Assembly: GCF_900232105.1 (NCBI RefSeq)
Contig: NZ_LT934425.1
Location: forward strand, 3,030,001-3,062,000
Length of the DNA: 32,000 nucleotides
DNA from: Candidatus Kuenenia stuttgartensis
GTDB lineage: Bacteria > Planctomycetota > Brocadiia > Brocadiales > Brocadiaceae
Reading direction: 5' to 3'
Shown: positions 25,501 to 32,000 of the stretch, in pieces
Layout: every line of letters starts with the position of its first letter
How positions within the stretch are numbered: position 1 is the stretch's first letter
Program-made: the position numbers and the translations under genes
The notes under the pieces: model-generated
Databases searched by the model: none
What the model was told of the DNA's origin: nothing
The model's input: only the letters and a program-made list of their open reading frames with translations

Positions 25501-26736
25501 ATGATAATAAAGTTACAGAAGGGGTTTTCAGAAAACATGGTGATTAACATTTCTTATTGTATTTTAATAGTAGCGGCAATGTTAACTTTCTGTTGTTCAT
25601 TATTTGCTGCCGTTCCTCAAATATCAGGCGGAGGTTCTCGCAGCCTTGTTTTGAAACCAGATGGTACCGTTTGGGCGTGGGGGGGGAACCATGCCGGACA
25701 ATTAGGCGATGGTACTACCAATCCCCGGAAATTTGCCATACAGGTGAAAGGACTGGAGGATGTAGTTTCTATTGCTGCCGGATGGGAGCATAATCTTGCC
25801 GTTAAATCAGATGGAACAGTCTGGGCATGGGGAAATAACCGATTTGGACAATTAGGCGACGGCACGAACGAAAACCGCAACACGCCGGTAAAAGTGAAAA
25901 CCATAAAAGATGTTACTGAGATTGATGCCGGATTCTACCATAGTATTGCTTTGCAATCAGACGGAACAGTTTGGGTATGGGGCAATAACGAGTTAGACCA
26001 GCTAGGCGATGGAACAAAATCGGATGCATATAAGCCCATGCAAGTACAGGGACTTAACAATGTTGTTGCTGTTTCTGGCGGCAATCATCACAATCTTGTG
26101 CTAAAGGCGGATGGAACAATATGGGGTTGGGGCGCCAATGGATATGGACAGTTGGGGGATGGTACTATGACGGAAAGTTCTATCCCTACTCCGGTTTATG
26201 ATTTCAATGGGGCAGTTTTTATTGCAAGCGGGAACAATTACAATGTAGCCGTGAAAGCTGATGGCAGTATTTGGGGATGGGGCATGAATACCTATGGTCA
26301 ACTGGGAAACGGAACACAAACAAATAGCAAGATTCCAATTCGTATTAATGGGCTTAATAATAGTGTTTCAATTGCAACCGGTGGCTATCATGCTCTCATT
26401 TTGCAACAGGATGGCACTGTGCTGTCAATGGGATACAACAGGACAGGGCAGCTTGGGACAGGCGCTACTTCCAATTATCAATATACTACATTAAAGGTGC
26501 ATGGACTCAGCGATGTTGTTTCAATAGCGGCAGGATATTATCACAGTCTCGCTTTAAAGAAAGACGGAACGATTTGGGCATGGGGAAATAACGAATATGG
26601 CCAATTGGGAGATGGTACGCTCAATTACAAAAAACTTCCCATTCTCTCACAGATCAAATTGGATCAAACCATTACGCCTGCCCCAAAGGAAGATAGCGCA
26701 TCTGCAAACACTCCAATTCCCACCCTCGTGAAATAG
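25501..26736 (+). CDS. Secreted or membrane-anchored RCC1-repeat (beta-propeller) protein
   Basis: 411 aa with an N-terminal hydrophobic signal/anchor (ISYCILIVAAMLTFCCSLFAA). Seven repeats follow of about 50 aa, each carrying DGTVWAWG.N..GQLGDGT. Confidence 0.9.
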   Translation: MIIKLQKGFSENMVINISYCILIVAAMLTFCCSLFAAVPQISGGGSRSLVLKPDGTVWAWGGNHAGQLGDGTTNPRKFAIQVKGLEDVVSIAAGWEHNLAVKSDGTVWAWGNNRFGQLGDGTNENRNTPVKVKTIKDVTEIDAGFYHSIALQSDGTVWVWGNNELDQLGDGTKSDAYKPMQVQGLNNVVAVSGGNHHNLVLKADGTIWGWGANGYGQLGDGTMTESSIPTPVYDFNGAVFIASGNNYNVAVKADGSIWGWGMNTYGQLGNGTQTNSKIPIRINGLNNSVSIATGGYHALILQQDGTVLSMGYNRTGQLGTGATSNYQYTTLKVHGLSDVVSIAAGYYHSLALKKDGTIWAWGNNEYGQLGDGTLNYKKLPILSQIKLDQTITPAPKEDSASANTPIPTLVK

Positions 26737-26831
26737 TTACAGTATTAATAGGCGGCTACCCGATGTATTTAGTCGACAGAACTATTATTAAATATTGTCC
26801 ATTTTAACGTAAAAATTGTCAAAATAAACAC

Positions 26832-26860
26832 TTGACAAATATCAGGATTAAATGTATAAG
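26832..26860 (+). promoter_or_regulatory. Candidate sigma70-type promoter (TTGACA-17-TATAAG) about 245 nt upstream of the aquaporin gene
   Basis: TTGACA at 26832-37, an exact 17-nt spacer, and TATAAG at 26855-60 preceded by TG. Confidence 0.4.
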
Positions 26861-27103
26861 CATTACGAAATGGGCGATTTCTTCAAAAGCATGCCAGTAA
26901 ATATCTTAGAGACAAATTACGTTTTTTTATTCTAATAATCTCGTTTTAAGGGTGGAATTTGTTTTTTTAAGATAATACAGTAACTATAAGGTTTAGCATT
27001 ATTTAAGCTTCATCCTGTTAGATGTTTGTGTCCTGTAGAAAAATGTGAAAGTTTCGTTTTTTATATTTTGTGTTTTAGAAACTTAATAGAGGAGAAATCC
27101 GGG

Positions 27104-27847
27104 GTGGACTCATTCAAAAAATACATTGCAGAATTTTTAGGCACTTTTACGCTTGTTTTTATTGCCGCTGGCGCAATTTGTACAGATTATTACCTGCGGA
27201 AAGCAGGAGGGGACGGTATTGGGGTTTTAGGGATTTCCATTGCTTATGGGTTGGCAATTGTCTCTATAACATATGCACTGAGCTATATTTCAGGCGCACA
27301 TATTAACCCTGCCGTTACAATAGCATGTTGGATCACCAGAAGGATGAATCCGAATCTGGCTATAAAGTACATTGCAGCACAGATTGCCGGCGCTGCGTTG
27401 GCTGGTTTTGTCCTTAAGATTTTATTTCCTGAAGCAATATATACGGTTCATCTGGGAGCAAGCATGTTAGGGGACGGGATTTCTGTAATGCAGGGACTCG
27501 TTATGGAGTTTATCGTTAGCTTTCTGCTCGTTCTTACAGTCTTTGGGACGGCAATTGATAAAAGGTCTTTTGGTAGTTTTTCCGGATTAACTATCGGGCT
27601 TGTTGTGTTGTTCGGCGTCCTTATTGGCAGCCCGATTAGCAGCGGAGCAATGAACCCGGCAAGGGCATTTGGGCCAGCTATCGCGTCCTGGCAGTTTGCA
27701 AACCATTATGTTTGGTGGGTAGGTCCTGTTTTAGGCGGTGTGGCCGCCGCTTTTTTCTACGATGCTGTGTTCGCCGAAAAAGAAAAAAAGATGAAGGCAG
27801 CAAAGAAAACGACGATTCCTGCTTTCCGCCGAAAGAGAAGACGGTAA
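27104..27847 (+). CDS. Aquaporin / MIP-family channel (start moved to GTG 27104)
   Basis: Two NPA boxes are present (SGAHINPAVT and GAMNPARAFGP), with six hydrophobic segments. GGAGA lies 8 nt upstream of the GTG at 27104. The 26 extra codons from the TTG at 27026 are not MIP-like. Confidence 0.9.
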   Translation: MDSFKKYIAEFLGTFTLVFIAAGAICTDYYLRKAGGDGIGVLGISIAYGLAIVSITYALSYISGAHINPAVTIACWITRRMNPNLAIKYIAAQIAGAALAGFVLKILFPEAIYTVHLGASMLGDGISVMQGLVMEFIVSFLLVLTVFGTAIDKRSFGSFSGLTIGLVVLFGVLIGSPISSGAMNPARAFGPAIASWQFANHYVWWVGPVLGGVAAAFFYDAVFAEKEKKMKAAKKTTIPAFRRKRRR

Positions 27848-28008
27848 TGTAGCAGCATACGGATTGCAAAACCCCCTTCTTTCCAGTTGCAACAAAAAAT
27901 CGTTTTAAAATGTATTTTGTGTTTCCCTTTTACCTAACGAACAAACTGAGATTTTAACGGAGACACCACGAACGATCAATCCTGCATATAGGGACAGCAT
28001 CCCTAATC

Positions 28009-29727
28009 TCAGAACTCCTGATCTGGTGGAATTTGATTTGATACCAAATTATATACAAGGCGCAGATTTGTGCCTGGGAATAATGTTTCGGAACTATTAA
28101 GTACATCGCATAATTGTTGAACATATCTGTTGTTCCTTGGGTTTGTCATGTTATGAATCGTTATCCTTAAGACGCCATTCTTTTCATCCGGCATTATATC
28201 TGCATCTGTCATAAAAATTTGACGTACCAGTGATCTTGCTTCATCTTTTTTAGAAATATATTCCTGCAATGTATTTGCCATTGCCGTCTCTGCCCGATAA
28301 GCAATCATTTTGATTGTGTCTACGAATTGCTTTCCGCTCTTCTTTAAATCCTGAAATTTCTTATCTTCCGGGAGTTTTGAAAACTCTATATGTTTCTCCG
28401 TATTCTTTTTTGTCGCCTTGAGTTGTTCAATCTCTTTCTCCAGCGTATCTATCGATTCTCTTATTGTTGCTTTCTCCTGTACATACTTCCGGATATCGGG
28501 TTCTTCTCCTTCTGCTTTTAATACCAATGCCCCATATTTTACCCGCTGCCTGTTTAACAGTGTAGTTTTGGTTTTTATCTGACTTTCCAATTCCCTGTAA
28601 CGGGGATTCACCACCTTTGTCGTCTCACTTATTGCCTCCTGTTCGTACTCGATAAGTCTGTCTATACCATAATGTTCCATCATATATTTAAGAAAGTTCT
28701 CCTGAGACCATCTGGAGAACATTCTTGCTGCCAGTACCTCAGCGTTATTCATAAAATCAGTGGTTATTATCGATGTCTGATGACCTGTATCGGTCAATTT
28801 GCGTATCTCGCGCACCCAAAGGTCTTGCTTCCGGAAATACACTCCTCGTTCCGCCAGTTTCATCTTTACCACTTCGCCATTGTTAAGAACCACCTCTTTC
28901 TCTATAAATTCTGATTCCGGCCAAACATCATTTACATACTTTTTGTAGGTATAACACGCTATGCGTTTCTCCCACATTTCTTTGAAAAACTCAGGACTGT
29001 AACCCTCACGGTCAAATACTACACCAAAGCGATAGAGATGACGATTGGCTTTTAATTCTTCCCCGGTAGGCTGCTTTGGTATGTCTCGGAGCAACCGGGG
29101 TATGATCTGTTCTCTCATTACCGAAAGCAAGCCGGGATTTACCGCTTTGCTTACCACGAAAAATGGCTTACCTACTGCATCATTTACCCAATAGTCGGTT
29201 AAACCCCTTAAACATAGCTTTTGCCTCGATACATACCGCTTCGGTAACGGTGTCTTGCTTCCGCTATATACCCGTACATGGCCGTCCACGTAAAGGATCC
29301 CGGCCAATTCCGGATCCTCTTCCATCCAGTATTTTGATAACTCTTTGCTCCACTGCTCAGGTTCGCCATGGTTTGTTATATATTTCACTTTTTTGCGCAG
29401 TGTTCGTATTTCAGGTATACGGTCTAACCCGATTGCCTTGCCCAATTCCCCAGCTTCACAATAGCGAATTGCCTCCAGTGATTTGATCCTTAAGAGGGCT
29501 GCAAACGACAGTAGCAGCAGAAACGATTGTAATCCATAGTACCCTTTGGGAAATGAGAGATAGTTGTTTGCATACTTTAGCAAACCATTTAATAATAATG
29601 CCGGCAGTGCAAACAATACCCCTGCCGATTTGACGTCCTGATCGGGAACAAATGCCGGAACTGCCTCATTAAGCCCACCTAATGCGGCTTCTACACGTTC
29701 TTGTTCCCGTGTACATCCAAGACCCAT
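28009..29727 (-). CDS. Large transposase-like protein (orfB; DDE-type suspected, family not identified)
   Basis: 572-aa ORF with YVDGHVRVY and TTDF motifs and RWSQENFLKYM (an R-x3-E pattern like the YREK region of IS4-like enzymes). The tail is coiled-coil-like. Its frame stays open upstream into orfA, and it sits among other IS elements. Confidence 0.65.
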   Translation of the reverse strand: MGLGCTREQERVEAALGGLNEAVPAFVPDQDVKSAGVLFALPALLLNGLLKYANNYLSFPKGYYGLQSFLLLLSFAALLRIKSLEAIRYCEAGELGKAIGLDRIPEIRTLRKKVKYITNHGEPEQWSKELSKYWMEEDPELAGILYVDGHVRVYSGSKTPLPKRYVSRQKLCLRGLTDYWVNDAVGKPFFVVSKAVNPGLLSVMREQIIPRLLRDIPKQPTGEELKANRHLYRFGVVFDREGYSPEFFKEMWEKRIACYTYKKYVNDVWPESEFIEKEVVLNNGEVVKMKLAERGVYFRKQDLWVREIRKLTDTGHQTSIITTDFMNNAEVLAARMFSRWSQENFLKYMMEHYGIDRLIEYEQEAISETTKVVNPRYRELESQIKTKTTLLNRQRVKYGALVLKAEGEEPDIRKYVQEKATIRESIDTLEKEIEQLKATKKNTEKHIEFSKLPEDKKFQDLKKSGKQFVDTIKMIAYRAETAMANTLQEYISKKDEARSLVRQIFMTDADIMPDEKNGVLRITIHNMTNPRNNRYVQQLCDVLNSSETLFPGTNLRLVYNLVSNQIPPDQEF

Positions 29728-29744
29728 ACCAGCACGACTATCGG

Positions 29745-30245
29745 TTACGGCACGCTCACTTTTGTTTCTTTGCTCCGGAGCGCTTTCTGCCGTTTTTTTT
29801 TCTCTAACTGACCGCTTTGGATTGCCTTGTGAATCGTACTTGATTTGATATTGAACTTCTTACCTGTTTCTGAAACACTCTGCCCTCTTTCCAGGCACTT
29901 TTGCACCTTCGCTTTTACCTCTGGCGTAAGCACATGGGCTGACCTTGTTCGCGCTGACTGACGGAAAAATCCCTTAGGCCCATGTTCTCTTAGCCGCTTT
30001 ACACTACGCTTAACACTTATTGCCGAAACACCGAAGGCCTTCACTATTTGTTGTTGCTTGACATTACCGCCGACTACTAATTGACTGGTGATGAACCGAA
30101 ATGATTCCAGGTCGTCTTCCTCATGACTAAACACAGGAAGTCTTCCGTGAAAATAATATATCTTGCTACCTATTTTCTCAAAACCTACCTGATTATTTAT
30201 CAGTTTGCAGTCAGGGGAAAATAGGGGTAATACTAACTGTGGCAT
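29745..30245 (-). CDS. Helix-turn-helix DNA-binding protein (orfA of the same element)
   Basis: 166-aa ORF with two HTH-like segments (QQQIVKAFGVSAISVKRSVKRL and SVSETGKKFNIKSSTIHKAI). It ends 17 nt before the orfB ATG. An A9 run lies 46 nt before its stop. Confidence 0.65.
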   Translation of the reverse strand: MPQLVLPLFSPDCKLINNQVGFEKIGSKIYYFHGRLPVFSHEEDDLESFRFITSQLVVGGNVKQQQIVKAFGVSAISVKRSVKRLREHGPKGFFRQSARTRSAHVLTPEVKAKVQKCLERGQSVSETGKKFNIKSSTIHKAIQSGQLEKKKRQKALRSKETKVSVP

Positions 30246-30546
30246 GAGTACCCTCCCTTTCTCCGAAAAAAAGGGATCATATCATTTTCCACCCACGTAT
30301 GGCAATGCCTTCTCTCTATATACACCTATCTCTACACAATTCAATAGCTTACATACTTTTTGACTAAAAAGGCACTTCCTGGGTTCTGAATCTGAAGAAT
30401 CAATTCAATAAACTTGACTATAGAACTACAGTTGCAAAACATACCAACAAACCGCCCACATCACCTTAGATTAGGCTGGGGTTTTAAAAGGCAAAAATCC
30501 CACGGCATTCATTTTTATCCACATTTATTTTCACACTTTTGACATA

Positions 30547-30704
30547 TAGTCAAACAAATAAGGTTTTCGAAAAATTTACACCTCCCGTCCCTTCTATAAA
30601 GAGGGAATTAAGGGGCGTGCTTGTATAGTATGCTTAGTCAAATAAATCTGTTTTTTAGAAAGCCATTTTATTGCCAAATTCCTAAAATCATATTTGTTTG
30701 GCTA
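30547..30704. mobile_element. MITE copy 2 (158 bp) of the IS630-derived family, flanked by TA/TA
   Basis: It has the same termini as 10974-11160 (tagtcaaacaaataaggttttcgaaaaatttacac ... catatttgtttggcta) but only one internal GC hairpin. TA lies at 30545-46 and 30705-06. It is 24 bp from the full-length IS. Confidence 0.7.
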
Positions 30705-30740
30705 TATTCCATTTTTTCCCTTAGAATATAGTCAAACAAA

Positions 30741-31268
30741 TCAGGTTTTCGAAATTTGCTCGCCAATAATTTGAAAATTTTCAGTTAAAAGAGTAGACAA
30801 TTCATCTGTATACTCGTTAATATTTTTGAAAAAACTTAAACATTTGTTTTTAAACTTCTCATAAGTATCATAATACTTGTTATACAATATTTTTTTGCGA
30901 AAGAATTTCCATAATCTTTCAATGAGATTTAAATTGGGCGAATAGGAAGGGAGAAATTTGATCTTTATTCTCGAATTTGCAAGGTATTCTTTGACCAACT
31001 TAGACCTGTAATATTTAGCATTATCAGAGATTATGTAAATAGTACCGGCTTGAGCATACCTTGACTCTATTTCATGGAAAAGCTTTATTGTTGATTGAGC
31101 ATTGATGCTTTCATCTTCCCGGATTGTTACTTCAAAGGTTTCTATGTCAATAGCACCGTTTAAATTTATTCTTTTCCTGCCGGTATTAGAGGGTATTTCC
31201 TTCTTTTTGCCTTTCTCTATCCAGCAATATGCAGACGTAGAATTATGCTGTGGATGAACTCCATCCAT
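30741..31268 (-). pseudogene. IS630-family transposase, DDE catalytic part (frame open upstream to ~31364)
   Basis: ILFMDGVHPQHN carries the first D, and IYIISDNAKYYRS carries the second D. SYSPNLNLIERLWKF carries the third acidic residue, D or E (I could not tell which). The frame upstream of M reads FQAKQNPEKQKEFIENYKQLKEEKAPGDKILF. Confidence 0.8.
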
Positions 31269-31341
31269 AAAAAGTATCTTATCTCCAGGGGCTTTCTCTT
31301 CTTTGAGTTGTTTGTAGTTTTCGATAAATTCTTTTTGTTTT

Positions 31342-31779
31342 TCAGGGTTTTGCTTTGCCTGGAACTATTGTAGTTTTCTTGTAAGTAAAGCCTAATCTAT
31401 CGAGGGTATGTACCATTCCTTCGGGTGTATAGATTTTATTGAATGTCTGTTTTACATATTCAACAATTTCTTTTGCCGCACTATAGTTGTTTTTCCTGAT
31501 ATGATCTTTTAATTGTTCTTCTTGTTCGCAGGTGAGTTTTGGCACACAGCCAATATAATTGTCAGATAAAAGCCCGTCAAAACCTTTATCTTTGTATAGT
31601 TTTTCGTAATTCCTGATTGTTTGATCGTCTAACAAGAGCGCCTCTGCTACTTTTTCATAACTCCATCCTGAATCAAGAAGAAGTATAGCTTTGATTCGGT
31701 CGGCATGACGTCTATGAGGCTCTTTCTTATGTGCTTTTTTAAATTCTATTCGGGTTTTTTCACTGAGAAATGGATTCAT
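31342..31779 (-). pseudogene. IS630-family transposase, N-terminal HTH part (frame interrupted)
   Basis: 145 aa ending ...YKKTTIVPGKAKP*. The conserved IS630 continuation (A)NPEKQKEFIENY... lies in the +1 frame immediately after. Confidence 0.8.
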
Positions 31780-32000
31780 GCAGAATTTAATACTCTAGAA
31801 ACAATTCAAATGCAAGAAAAAAACAGATTTTTATAAAAATAAATGCTTTTTACTATACCACCTGACAATTGTCCTGTTTTTTTCATCAGATTAAAAAAAG
31901 TGTAAAAGAATGTCATCGTGCTAAAAAAGCTGCTCACCACCACTATACTACTATTTATTATCGCAGCCTTCGTGTTATTTGTAGCGAAATCACTTCAAAA

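Larger units (their letters stand above)
30729..31855 (-). mobile_element. IS630-family insertion sequence (about 1127 bp) flanked by TA
   Basis: One end is tagtcaaacaaatcaggttttcgaaa (30729-). The other end is the imperfect ...tttttacta (to 31855). TA lies on both flanks (30727-28 and 31856-57). It encodes an HTH plus DDE transposase, and size and TA target fit IS630/Tc1. Confidence 0.78.

Noticed and set aside
25617-26494. Periodic DNA repeats in 25600-26650 as a possible CRISPR or tandem array
   Set aside because: The ~150-bp periodicity is the coding repeat of the RCC1 beta-propeller blades (imperfect and in frame). There are no short identical direct repeats with unique spacers. The overlapping ORFs 25557-25793, 25617-25904, 26101-26319 and 26294-26494 are frame artefacts.
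27026-27103. TTG start at 27026 for the aquaporin gene
   Set aside because: The extra 26 residues (MCPVEKCESFVFYILCFRNLIEEKSG) are not MIP-like. GTG 27104 has a GGAGA RBS and gives the usual short cytoplasmic N-terminus before TM1.
27848-30546. Terminal inverted repeats for the orfA/orfB element at 28009-30245
   Set aside because: The only matches are an 8-bp core (cctaatct / agattagg) and short palindromic ttttaaaa motifs. These are too weak to define ends, so no mobile_element boundaries are reported.
31918-32000. Possible start of a + strand membrane-protein gene (GTG 31918; LKKLLTTTILLFIIAAFVLFVAKSLQ...) running off the right edge
   Set aside because: Only 27 codons are visible and no clear RBS is present. 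The stretch is hydrophobic and plausible, but not supportable from this fragment.

Overview
The window has two parts. Positions 1-10100 are a conserved bacterial ribosomal-protein block on the + strand: the end of L6, then L18, S5, L15, SecY, Adk, Map, IF-1, L36, S13, an inserted methyltransferase, S11, S4, RpoA and L17, followed by Maf and a dual-specificity phosphatase. Positions 10100-32000 are an accessory-rich region. Housekeeping-type genes there (pyruvate phosphate dikinase, an Fe-S/DUF3786 protein, tRNA-Pro(GGG), a conserved hypothetical protein, a secreted RCC1-repeat protein, an aquaporin) are separated by many mobile elements. These are an IS1380-like IS with a 5-bp target duplication, an IS4-family IS with an 11-bp duplication, an IS630-family IS with two derived MITE copies, a second MITE family with two copies, a two-ORF transposon with an A9 slippery run, and remnants of ISAs1-like and IS3-like transposases. 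The most unusual locus is 17.25-22.4 kb, a cluster of group II intron material on both strands. It holds a 160-nt miniature intron-like element, a + strand ORF-less intron whose domain V is split by the IS4 element, and a - strand intron nested inside it whose RT/maturase gene carries two inactivating lesions. I saw no rRNA, no CRISPR array and no recognisable defence or toxin system. I could not identify a clearly novel protein-based system; the intron nest and the MITE/IS relationships are the best candidates for follow-up. Taxon is not determinable by eye. An AT-rich genome, missing L30, DUF3786, PPDK and secreted RCC1 proteins are compatible with a Planctomycetota/anammox-like organism, but that is a guess. 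All homology calls come from motif recognition by eye, not from searches.
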